A DNA stretch of 64,000 nt from an uncultured delta proteobacterium. GTDB taxonomy: Bacteria; Desulfobacterota; Binatia; UBA9968. Where the stretch lies: assembly GCA_963847445.1 (NCBI GenBank), contig CAWJZV010000034.1:224001-288000 (forward strand), read 5' to 3'. Shown here piece after piece: positions 44,427 to 54,014 of this stretch (the stretch's first letter is position 1; every line of letters starts with the position of its first letter). The notes under the pieces are model-generated. The model was not told where the DNA came from. It did not search any database and saw only the letters and a list, made by a program, of their open reading frames with translations. Made by a program: the position numbers and the translations under genes.

Positions 44427-45657
44427 TGCTCTGCGGCACGGTTTGCATGACTTCGGGACTGGCTTGCACCGGCGCGGTTACATATTCCACGGTGGTTGCG
44501 TCTTCGGCATCGCGTTTACGATAGCGGAAGCGCCGCCAAGCCATGGCGAAGCCGGTCCAAACCAGGAAGCAGCCGCCGAGCGACGCCAGGCCGGCGACGG
44601 TTTGGCCGGCGAAACCGAGAGCCTCGCCGGTGTGAAGACCGCGCACCCAAACTCGCAGCTTTCGTCCCGGACTGGCGGCGGCGTAGGGCTCCCATTTTAT
44701 GACTTCGGCGCTGGAGCGATTGAGCGCCAGTTGCGAGCGCGCGAAAATATGCGGCGCTGTCGGCTCTTGAATCAAGACCGTGACCGGGCCATCGCCGCGC
44801 GGCGGCAGGCGCATCATCATCATGATCCAACCGGGAGCTTGCTGATCGGCGCGCGCCAGGAAGGCATCGAAGCTTGCCATCGGCTTGCGCTCGCGCGCCT
44901 CTGTGCCCGCGCCGCGCCGCTGCTGCGCTTGAGCCGCAGGGCCGGGGGCTTGCGCTCTTGGCGGCGGCTCGCTGCCCGTCAATGTGTAGAGCAGATCGTT
45001 GGCCCACGGATAAGACATCACCGCCGCAGTGAGCGTGAGAATGATGAGCACCGACGACGACCAGAAACCGATGACGTTGTGCCAGTTCCAGTCGCGCGCT
45101 TTGCCGCGGAGGTGGAAATTGAAAAGGAGGCTCGGCTTCAATCCCCGCCAATGCCAACTGCGCGGCCACCAGAGATAGACTCCGGTAAGCGCCAGCCAGA
45201 AAAACGCTAGGTTGCAAGCACCGGTGATGGCGCGCGCGGTGACACGGCCTTCGCCCTCCGTGCCGAGCCAGCGGTGCCAATCGACGACGTCGTGAAACCA
45301 GTCGTGCAGTTTCGATTCCGAGCCGAGGATCGCGCCGGTATACGGATTCACGTAGGTTGCGCCTTCACGACCGAAGCCGACGGCGACGGATGCGGTCGGT
45401 TCGTTGCGCAGGACCACGCCTGTGGGCTGGGCTTTGGGATTCTGCGCGCGCGCCTTGGCTACCAGTTCATCCAGGCTTATGCGCTGCGCATTGGCAGCCG
45501 GCGGCACGACCAAGCGCACGTCTCGTTCGGCGTATTCGACCAGTTGGTGCTCGTACATCAGGATGACGCCGGTCGCCGACATGATGAAGATGACGGTGCC
45601 GCCGATAACGCCGGCGAGCAGGTGGGACCAAAAAATGATTTTATGCAGCAGCTTCAT
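44380..45657 (-). CDS. PepSY-associated TM protein (putative ferric-siderophore reductase)
   Basis: FWSHLLAG, WHRWL, TGVYLWWP, WHNVIG, LHTGE histidine pattern. Confidence 0.87.
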   Translation of the reverse strand: MKLLHKIIFWSHLLAGVIGGTVIFIMSATGVILMYEHQLVEYAERDVRLVVPPAANAQRISLDELVAKARAQNPKAQPTGVVLRNEPTASVAVGFGREGATYVNPYTGAILGSESKLHDWFHDVVDWHRWLGTEGEGRVTARAITGACNLAFFWLALTGVYLWWPRSWHWRGLKPSLLFNFHLRGKARDWNWHNVIGFWSSSVLIILTLTAAVMSYPWANDLLYTLTGSEPPPRAQAPGPAAQAQQRRGAGTEARERKPMASFDAFLARADQQAPGWIMMMMRLPPRGDGPVTVLIQEPTAPHIFARSQLALNRSSAEVIKWEPYAAASPGRKLRVWVRGLHTGEALGFAGQTVAGLASLGGCFLVWTGFAMAWRRFRYRKRDAEDATTVEYVTAPVQASPEVMQTVPQSNETSKRPSEDRDGTN

Positions 45658-45673
45658 GCCGTCTCCTCGGGCG

Positions 45674-46204
45674 CTAGTTGGTCTTGCCGGCCTTCAGAAC
45701 ACCAAGCTCGGCGCGCAGCCAGTCGCGCAAGATATCCTTTTCGTAGCGTAGATAGTCTTCTCTCGGGTAAACGCTGCGGAGTTGGTAATTGATATCGGTC
45801 AAGTCGCGTTTGCCGGATTTGACCACCGTCGCGGCGCTATCGATGATCTCGAACTCAAGCACGATGTGGGGCGGGTAGAGACCTTTGACGATGCGCACTT
45901 GGTCCGCTTGCGGACCGCGAAACAATTCGAAGTCGCCGGCGAGGTCGATGTCGGTGATCCGGATATTCAGTTTCATATTCTCAGGGATGTAGCGCGCGCC
46001 GGTCGTGATGATGAACTTTTGCAGTTCGCCGACGATGCCCGTCGATGTCGGCTCCAGCTCGGCGCGGCGCGCGTCGGTGAATTTCTCCGGTTCGATGAAG
46101 GCGACGGAGATCCGCGCGGCGGATTCATCCACCGGCGCGGCCGCGGCGCAGCCGGCAACCAGCACGAGGCCGATGGCCGAGATCATTCTTGATCGCCTAT
46201 TCAT
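45674..46204 (-). CDS. DUF3016 family lipoprotein
   Basis: PEKFTD, ITDIDLAG, YPP, LRYEK. Confidence 0.78.
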   Translation of the reverse strand: MNRRSRMISAIGLVLVAGCAAAAPVDESAARISVAFIEPEKFTDARRAELEPTSTGIVGELQKFIITTGARYIPENMKLNIRITDIDLAGDFELFRGPQADQVRIVKGLYPPHIVLEFEIIDSAATVVKSGKRDLTDINYQLRSVYPREDYLRYEKDILRDWLRAELGVLKAGKTN

Positions 46205-46205
46205 G

Positions 46206-46886
46206 TCACACCTCCGCGAAGCGGCGCAGCAAATTGTGATAGCAATTGGTCAGCTCCACCACGGCGCCGTGATTGGGCAGAGCTTGATTGACTTTGTTGA
46301 TCGCCATATCGAGATCGAAAAGCAGAGTTCGAGTGCCGTCGTCGCGCACCATGCTCTGCACCCAGAAAAACGACGCGAGACGAACTCCCCGCGTCACCGG
46401 CTTGACGTGGTGCAGGCTGCTCGCCGGATAAACCACCATGTCGCCGGCGCCAAGCTTGACCGCGTGGGCGCCGTAAACGTCGTCGATGACCAGCTCGCCG
46501 CCGTCGTAGTCTTCCGGCGCGCTGAGAAACAGCGTCGCGGAAATATCCGTGCGCACGCGCAGCGGCGTGCCGGGAATCTGCCGGATGGAATTGTCCAGAT
46601 GCGCGCCGAAAGATTCGCCGCCTTCGTAGCGGTTGAATAGAGGCGGGAAGACCCGGAGCGGCAACGTCGCCGTGATAAACAGCGGGTTGCGCTCCAGGGC
46701 CGCCACGATCATGTCGCCGAGCTCCCGCGCCTCCGGGCTATTCTCCGGTAGCTGGCGGTTGTCCTTGACCACGGCGGATTGATACCCCGCGGTCACGCGG
46801 CCGTCGATCCAGCCCGCGCGCTGCATCACTTCACGGCAGCGCGCGAGCTGTTCGGGGTTCAGGACATTGGGCACTTGGACGATCAT
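46206..46886 (-). CDS. piuC: PKHD-type Fe(II)/2-oxoglutarate hydroxylase (PiuC/YbiX)
   Basis: [38 protein letters not shown]. Confidence 0.92.
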   Translation of the reverse strand: MIVQVPNVLNPEQLARCREVMQRAGWIDGRVTAGYQSAVVKDNRQLPENSPEARELGDMIVAALERNPLFITATLPLRVFPPLFNRYEGGESFGAHLDNSIRQIPGTPLRVRTDISATLFLSAPEDYDGGELVIDDVYGAHAVKLGAGDMVVYPASSLHHVKPVTRGVRLASFFWVQSMVRDDGTRTLLFDLDMAINKVNQALPNHGAVVELTNCYHNLLRRFAEV

Positions 46887-46900
46887 TTTTTTCCGACTCC

Positions 46901-49118
46901 TTAGAACTTGAAGCTCGCGCTGCCGATGAACGTGCGGCCCGCGCCAGGCAACGACGTGTCCCCGCTGAGACTGTCGAATAGTAATGGTCGTTGGTCAGAT
47001 TGATCGCGTTGACCCGCAATTGGAATATTCTTGTTGAGCTGGTACGCCACCGTCGAATCCCAGCGAACATGATCCGGGACACGGGCGATTGTTTGGCGGC
47101 ATTGTTGTAATCGACAGCCGACATAGGTCGGGCCGCCGCCGATTTGCCATTTTTCGAGAAAGTCGTAGGTGACCCAAACGTTCGCGCTGTGCGTCGGCAC
47201 GTTGGCGAGTTCGTTGCCGATGATGGCGGGGTTGGTGTCGATTTGCGAATCTTCGATATCGAGGTATGTGTAACCGCTAAAGATATTCAAGCCGGGGAGA
47301 AGGCGGCCAGAGAGCCCGAATTCGACACCCTGTGAACGCGTGCTCACCGTCAAGCACATTAGCGTCCGCGGTCGGATCAATCGGATTCGGTGTACACGGG
47401 CATCGGTTTTGTCGATTCGAAATACCGCGCCTTGCAGATTCAGGGCTCCATTGAAGAATTCCAGTTTGCCGCCGATTTCGAAGGTTCTGTTTTTTTCCGG
47501 AGGGGCACCTGTCGGTGTTAGGTGCCAAGGGCATGGCTTCGGCGGAGGGATTGAACGCGGTGCGCATAGGAGAAATAGTAGCTCTGTGACGGGGTCGGGT
47601 GAAAGATCAGACCGCCTCGATAACTCCACATTCGATCTGTCCGACCCAGGTCCGAACGAGCCGTTATCGCGCCAGTGGTATTATGCGTGATCGTGTCAAA
47701 GTCGTTGTCGAAGTAATCCCAACGGACGCCGCCGACGAGATCGAAATACTGGTTTAGCTTGATCTGATCTGCGGCGAAGATGCCGAAACCGAAGGCACTG
47801 CCGTCTGCGCGACTCGATACCGAGCGCGACATTCCCGCGGTACTGGCAACTGATTGTGGTTGGGATTGTTGAGCGTTGTGCCGGAGGCACTCCGACGAAA
47901 GCGTAGTGGTTCGTCGAAGGTCTCCCGCGATACCTCCAGCCCGGATGTGACTGTGTGATTGAAACCGAAGGTGTCGAACTTGGCGGTAAGATCCGTTTGG
48001 TTGCTCAGAATGCTTTCCTAGGTATCGCGCTGCCGGTCGGCTTCCGGTGAACAGGGTCGGGGATGACATTGACGCGTGGCGCTTGGTTTCGTGAATCCCG
48101 GTCGACGTGGCTGTAGCGGAGGGTGTTCCGCAAGGTGAACATATCGTTGAAGCGGTGATCCAACCGCGAGGTGCCGATATTCACCGTTGTTTCTTCGTTG
48201 TCTTCATTGGCAAAGCCATAGAAGTTCTTGCGGTCGATGCGTAACGGACGGCCATTCTACGTACGGAAAACCGTAATCAGGAATATTGTCTTCAGCTTGA
48301 AGCAGGTAGCTCAATGTTAGCTGCGTCGGCGTGCCCAAGCCGAACGCAGATCGACGGCGCAAACCCCAGCCGCTTGCTGCTTCGATCTTGTCGCGTTCCA
48401 CGAACATCGTCTTTGTGGGCCATGAGGTTGATGCGGAAAGCCGCATGGGCAGCCCTGGGGAATCGGTTGGTTGACATCGATGGTGCCGCGCAGGTAGATC
48501 CGTTGCCGCCAACGCTAAAAATGCCGTCGTAGCTCGGGGTCGAGTTGAGGAACTTTGCTGACCTGATTGATCGATGCCGCCGGTGGAGCCACGACCGAAG
48601 TATAGGGAGGACGGTCCTTTTAGAACTTCGACGGATTCGAGATTGAACACATCTCGAAAATAGGAGCCCGGAGTCGCGCACCCCGTCGATGATACATGTC
48701 GTTGCTCGCGTTGTAGCCCGCGCAGCGTCAAGTTGTCGCCTTGAACCGCCGCCTTCGCCTGCACGGAAACGTAATACCAGGCACGTTGCGCAACGCATCG
48801 CGCAAGGTCGCAGCCGGCCTGTTCTTCGATTAATCTTCTGCGGCATCACGGTAATCGACTGCGGCATGTTTTTCAGTGGTACGGGAATCTCGATAGGGAC
48901 GATTGCGGCACTACATAGGGGCTATCTTGATCCTGCACCACCACCGGCGGCAGGGTAATCGGTTCCTCTTTTTTCGGCTCCGCCGCGCCTGCGTGGCTTG
49001 CCAGCGCAAAGCTGAAAGCCATCGCCTTGCCAACTCCTTCACCGGCGGCGAGACAGATTTTTTGGAACGCTGTCTTGTTATTTTTTCTTTCGTTCGCGCG
49101 CTTTTGTTGTCGACTCAT
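46901..49118 (-). CDS. TonB-dependent siderophore receptor (Fiu/PiuA-like), heavily frameshifted
   Basis: [34 protein letters not shown], terminal Phe. Confidence 0.85.
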
Positions 49119-49150
49119 CTCATCCTCCATAACGTTAGGGTTGCTTGATT

Positions 49151-49190
49151 GGCTGGCTTTCCACGTCCGGAGGGCTGGATGGCTGGCTGG
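49151..49190 (-). promoter_or_regulatory. AGCCAGCC direct repeats flanking a small hairpin between hemP and the receptor
   Basis: CCAGCCAGCC-ATCCAGCCC-TCCGGACGTGGA-AAGCCAGCC. Confidence 0.55.
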
Positions 49191-49202
49191 GTCAGAAATC
49201 AT

Positions 49203-49395
49203 TTACTTTCGTCAAAATCAGTTTGCCGTTTCTGGTGATGCGCAGGTTGTATTCCTCCTTTTGGTGCACGATGACGATCTCGCTGTTGCCTTGAAACAGG
49301 TGATTGCTTTCGATGCGCGGCTTTTTCCCGGACGGCGCCGAGCTGCTCGGCGTGACCGTTCGTTTGGTAGCGAAATTCACAAGCGTTTCTCCCAT
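49203..49395 (-). CDS. hemP: Hemin uptake regulator HemP/HmuP
   Basis: LFQG..EIVIVH..EEYNLRITRNGKLILTK signature. Confidence 0.9.
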
Positions 49396-49403
49396 GGGTC
49401 TTC

Positions 49404-50238
49404 CTAGTGCAGTTCGAACTTCACCGGCAACATCACCCATACCGACACCGCTTCTTTGCCCCGGCGGGCCGGCTCGAAGAGCCATTTTTTAACCGCTTCC
49501 ACAGCGGCGAAATCGAGATCGCGAAAACCGGCGGACTGATCGACCATCACTTCGCCGACCCGGCCATTCTCCAACACGCGGACGCGCAATGTTGTTACGC
49601 CCTGCACACCAGCTCTTCGCGCGGACTCGGGATAGCGCGGCTTGACTTGGTAACCGCCGAGTGGCCGAGCCAGACCCGATAGTGCTTCTCCGGAGCCCGC
49701 GCCGCCGCCGGTGCCGTCGCCCTTGGCGCCTCGACCCAGTCCCGACGCGCCTGTGCCGCCGCCACCGCCGGCAACGCCGCTGCCGCCGACCACGCCCACA
49801 TCGCCCTTGCCGAAAAGATTGCCGGCACCGGCGGCGCTGCCTTCGGCTTCGGCCGCGCTTGCGACGCCGACGTTCCAGCCGGCCTTGGCGGCACCGGTGT
49901 TATCCGGTAGCGAGGCGAGCGGCTGTTCGACCGGTTTCTCTTTGACTCTCTTCCTTGGTGTTGCCGGTCGGCGGCAGCGGGCTGGTTTCGAAAACCGGTT
50001 TGGATAGAAGCTTCGGCGCGGTGATATTTTGCAGCTTGGGTTTGGGCGCTGGAGGAGGCGGAGGCGGTGTGACCTCGACTTTCTTCGGTTCCTCGATGCG
50101 CGCCACATCCACCAGCTCAATCGGTACCATGGCGGGTTTAATCGGTTTGGCGTGCATCACCAACGCAGCCAACGGAATTATGCCCAAATGAATCAACGAC
50201 GACGCAGTGAATGAAGATACCAACCAGCGCTCGTTCAT
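49404..50238 (-). CDS. tonB: Energy transducer TonB (frameshifted)
   Basis: TM helix with SSLIH, Pro- and Gly-rich linker, PRYPESARRAGVQG, WLFEPA. Confidence 0.9.
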
Positions 50239-50648
50239 TTTTTCTGCTCCTTCGGTTTTACCGCGATGGCCATCTTTGCCACGTTGGCGCCGCGGGCGAT
50301 GTCCATGACTTCGACCACCTGGCCGTGCTGAACGCCGTCGTCGGCGTTGATGACGACCAGCATCTCGGCATTCTTCGCAAGTTGCTGGCGCAAAGCTTCA
50401 CCGAGAGCCGCTTTGTCGATCGCTTGCTGGTTGAGAAACAACCGGCCGTCTTTATCGATCGTGATCGCCGCGCTCTCGGCAGGCGCCTGCTGGCCGGACG
50501 CCGCCTTGGGCAGATTGACCGGCATGCCTTTGAACTGGGTCATCGACAAGGTCGAGATCATGAAAAAGACCAGTAGAAAAAAAATCGTGTCGATCATCGG
50601 GATGATCTCGATGCGCGCTTTCTTGATGCTGCGGCGTTGAATGCGCAT
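50235..50648 (-). CDS. exbD: Biopolymer transporter ExbD
   Basis: IIPMIDTIFFLLVFFM, VNLP, INAD. Confidence 0.92.
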   Translation of the reverse strand: MRIQRRSIKKARIEIIPMIDTIFFLLVFFMISTLSMTQFKGMPVNLPKAASGQQAPAESAAITIDKDGRLFLNQQAIDKAALGEALRQQLAKNAEMLVVINADDGVQHGQVVEVMDIARGANVAKMAIAVKPKEQKK

Positions 50649-51256
50649 TAATGCTTCCCCGCATGTTCATGCAGCAACAATTCCAGCGAAGAGCTGAAGT
50701 GCTCCATGCGGTCCATTTCGCGCTCGACCTTGGCGGTGAAGTAGTTGTAGGAGACCAGAGTCAAGATCGCGATCAACAAGCCCGTGGCAGTCGCGATCAG
50801 CGCTTCCGCGACTCCGCCGGTAATGGCGTGGGGTTGCCCCATGCCCGCTTCCGACATGACATCGAAGGAGCCGATCATGCCGACGACGGTGCCGAGCAAT
50901 CCGAGCAGAGGGGCAAGCGTCACGATGGTGTCGAGAATTCCCAGGCGGCTTTTAAGCACGGGAATCTCGGCCTGCGCCAGAGCTTCCATTGCCTTCGCCG
51001 GCGCGGGATTGCGGTGGGCGATACCCGCTGCTAAAACCCGCGCGATTGGCTGGCTGGAGTTCTTGCCCAGGTTTAAAGCTTGTTCGAATTCGCCCTTTTC
51101 GACCAATGATAAGATTTGTTGTAGGACATCTTTCGTTTTCAGTTTGGCCCAAAACACAAACCGTTCGATGGTGAGCGCGAGTGAGATCAAGGAGCAAGCG
51201 AGCAGCGGGATCATGACGATGCCGCCTTTGATGATGATTGCAATAAATGCCGACAT
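50648..51256 (-). CDS. exbB: ExbB/TolQ/MotA proton channel protein
   Basis: APLLGLLGTVVGMI, GVAEALIATATGL. Confidence 0.92.
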   Translation of the reverse strand: MSAFIAIIIKGGIVMIPLLACSLISLALTIERFVFWAKLKTKDVLQQILSLVEKGEFEQALNLGKNSSQPIARVLAAGIAHRNPAPAKAMEALAQAEIPVLKSRLGILDTIVTLAPLLGLLGTVVGMIGSFDVMSEAGMGQPHAITGGVAEALIATATGLLIAILTLVSYNYFTAKVEREMDRMEHFSSSLELLLHEHAGKH

Positions 51257-51258
51257 GA

Positions 51259-51472
51259 CTATTGGACCAGACCCTTTCTTTAGCTCGATGTGACTTTCCG
51301 TTTCACTTAGTTCGTTACTTTCGGCGACGCTTTGCATGGCGAGACCAAGTTCGCGCAGGTCGTCACGGGCGATATGCAGGACGACGCTGCCGTAGTGAAA
51401 ATGGGCGGTGTCCTGGCTGCAATTGCAAAGCGAGACCGACCATCTGCCGTTGGATGATTTGATTCCGTACAT
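51259..51472 (-). CDS. Small Cys/His protein heading the exbB operon
   Basis: GGAGG RBS then MYGIKSSNGRWSVSLCNCSQDTAHFHYG...; a TAG at 51259-51261 lies 2 nt before the exbB ATG, so the apparent fusion to exbB probably reflects an indel. Confidence 0.65.
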
Positions 51473-51485
51473 TTTGACCTCCAAT

Positions 51486-51555
51486 AAAAAAAGAGCCCGA
51501 GGTTCCGCCAACTTTTCGCGGAACGCCGGGCTCTGGATTCTAGATCGCTGGCCGC
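51486..51555 (-). terminator. Structured leader element, copy 2: heptad repeats plus intrinsic terminator before the first RBS
   Basis: AGCGGCC AGCGATC TAGAATCC AGAGCCCGGCGTTCCGC-loop-GCGGAACCTCGGGCTC-TTTTTTT-ATTGGAGG. Confidence 0.85.
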
Positions 51556-51565
51556 TGACTAGGGT

Positions 51566-51618
51566 TGTATATTCAAATCATAATTATTTGTCAATACTAA
51601 TATAAAAATATTAGTATT
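51566..51618 (-). promoter_or_regulatory. Putative sigma70 promoter of the exbB operon with an 11-4-11 inverted repeat at the -35
   Basis: TTGACA-17bp-TATACA; AATACTAATAT-AAAA-ATATTAGTATT at 51593-51618. Confidence 0.7.
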
Positions 51619-51675
51619 AACTAATAATAATTCCTAAGCTATTGAAGATATACTCATTTAATCATGCCGAGTAGC

Positions 51676-51897
51676 CTATATATTTCCCAAATCTGCTTCG
51701 GATGCCGCACCATCCTGATTATCGCGGCCCTCGGTACTGAGGGGAATCACTACCCGGCGTTTGCAGCGGCGACACTTGAGCTCCACGCCTTCGGGTACCA
51801 AGCGCGCGAGCAAGCTACCGCAATGGCAGCGGAGCGCATCGCCGTCCTTAGTCACCGTCCCCGCCGTTTCCTGTTCGCCTTGCCTTGGAATACGCAT
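51676..51897 (-). CDS. Com-like (phage Mu Com family) zinc-ribbon protein
   Basis: LRCHCGSLLAR...VELKCRRCKR; ATG immediately follows the FTR1 stop codon. Confidence 0.75.
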   Translation of the reverse strand: MRIPRQGEQETAGTVTKDGDALRCHCGSLLARLVPEGVELKCRRCKRRVVIPLSTEGRDNQDGAASEADLGNI

Positions 51898-53851
51898 TTA
51901 AGCCACTGCCTTATTTCGTTCATGCGCCATCCATAATGAGGTAGCTATAAATATGCCGACCAATAGCCCCTGGGCTGCCAGGGTTTCCATGGTCGGATAG
52001 ATACCCAACAGCGGCACCGCCGGCGGAAAATTGAGCGGCGTCGCCGGAACCCAGCCGGCCGCCTGCAATTGATTGATGCCGGTGCCGGCGAAGATGAAGG
52101 CCATGATGTAGAGCAGTGTGCCGGTGACGCCGAAGAAAGTATTTTAGCGGTAGCGCAGGCCGAGCTTGAAGATCGCAAAGGTAGCCGCGACCAGCGCGAC
52201 CAAGCCCGCGGCGAATCCGCCAAGGATGGCCTGGTGGCTGATTTTCATTCTGTAACCAGAGCGCTTGATAGAAGAGCACGACCTCGAAGGCTTCGCGGTA
52301 GACAGCGAAAAATGAGATGCCGATGAGTCCGAAGATACGTCTGCGTCGAAAGCACGTTTTGCACCTTGTCTTGAATAAATGCATGCCACCGTTTTAGCCT
52401 CGGTCCGGGTGTGCAGCCAATAGCCGACATAGAACAGCGCCGACGCAGCGAAGATCGAAATGAATCCTTCCATGCTTTCACGGTGCTGGCCGCTGAAAGT
52501 CAGCACGGTTTGGGCGGCGAGCCAGGTGAGGAAACCGGCGGCCAACTGCGAGAATCCAGCCGAAATGGATGTAGCGAATCGATTTTGTCGCGCCCATAAC
52601 CCGCAGCATGGCGATGATCGCGGCGAGAATCAGCGCCGCCTCGAGTCCTTCGCGTAAAATGATCAGGGCCGAATTCAAGAATGCGTAATAACCGGAGAAA
52701 TCATCGCTGCTGGCCAACAGCTGTGCCGCCTGGTCGAGCTTGGCTTCGATTTCGCAGCGTGTTGTTTTTGAATCTCCTCGGCGGAAACTCCCTGCCGGAT
52801 CGAATTGCGAAACTGGGTGAACTGGGCCTCGAGAGATCTGTCCCAAGGCCGCATCCTTGGCGAACAGCGTCGGCTCGGCCATCTCGATAGCCGTCAAGGT
52901 AGGCCTCGATGGCTTTTTGGTAAGCTTTTTCCTTATCGCCTTTGCGTATATCTCAGCGGCTTCGCCGAGCAGGGTCGCGGGCGATCAACAATGGATCGGT
53001 CGATTTTTCGTCCAGAAGCCCGCGCCTGAGGTAGGCGAGAATGTCGTTGCTCGGCGCGTTGGGAAAACTCTTCTTGATTTTATCGGATAGCTCGCTCGTC
53101 TGAAGAAGTTGCCAAGGTCGCGACGCCTGCGAGTCGGCCGGCAGCGACTTGCCTTTCAGCCAGGACTCTCCGCGCCGGCTTTGCCGTTCGTCAGCGGGAA
53201 AACGCAGCGCCAAAACATAGAAGGCGACTTGCCAGCGTTGCTCGTCCGGCAGCGCGGCGAAGGAAGCCATCGCCGTTTTGTCGATGCCGAACTGGTCGTG
53301 TTGTAGACTTTAAAAGGCGAGAGTCCGGCCATGAAGTCTGCGTCGGTGAAATTGGCCGGCGGCGGGGTTTTGGGATTCATCGACTCGCGGCCGGGGCCGT
53401 CGCCTTTGCCGCTCTCGCCATGGCACTGAGCGCAATTCTGCGTGTAGACGAGTTTCGCGCCGCTCGAAGTTCGGCAGAGCCTTGGGGTAGGTGACGATAT
53501 TATAGGTTTTGATCAAGCGGTCCTTGATCTGCTGGGCCAATTGCGGCACGGCATCTTCGCCGGTTTTATCTTGTATATGCTTCGCCAGCGCTTGCAGATC
53601 TTTTTCGATGCCCGCTTTATCGCCTTCGGCGGATTTGAGTTGGTTGAACAGCTCCGAGCTGCGCGCCGAGAACTCGCTCATCTCCGATACTCGTCGGCGT
53701 TGACAACTTTCCCGCCTTGCACGGCGTTGCGATAGTCGCCGCCGATGTAATCGATTAGCGCCAGAATTCGCTTGGCTTCGTCACCGGCAGCGAATGCGCC
53801 GGTCGCCGTTAGAATGATCAGCCCAAGGAAGAGGAAGAACCGACTGCACAT
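51898..53851 (-). CDS. FTR1 iron permease fused to a cytochrome c domain (several frameshifts)
   Basis: LIDYIGGDY, CAQCHG, LREGLEA and YREAFE (two RExxE motifs), LGIYPT. Confidence 0.87.
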
Positions 53852-53893
53852 GACTCGTGTCGATCTGGTCGCGGAGGATGAAGCCATAGTGGT

Positions 53894-53922
53894 CGTATAT
53901 GTAAGGAGCCGAACTTTATCAA
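53894..53922 (-). promoter_or_regulatory. Putative promoter of the FTR1/com-like unit
   Basis: TTGATA-17bp-TATACG. Confidence 0.5.
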
Positions 53923-54014
53923 AAATTCTTTTGTCCAATAACATTTCAGGTCGATTCTTTGCGCCTGCCCGGAGCCGTAAACGGGTTCGCTCGTCTCCCG
54001 CAAGGACGGCTCAG

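Noticed and set aside
42830-51555. The two leader copies as direct repeats (att sites) of an 8.7 kb island
   Set aside because: Divergence is compensatory and concentrated in loops, both copies follow promoter-like sequences, and no recombinase is present; not fully excluded without comparative genomes
51676-51897. Prophage suggested by the Com-like gene
   Set aside because: No mom, structural, transposase or integrase genes anywhere in the window
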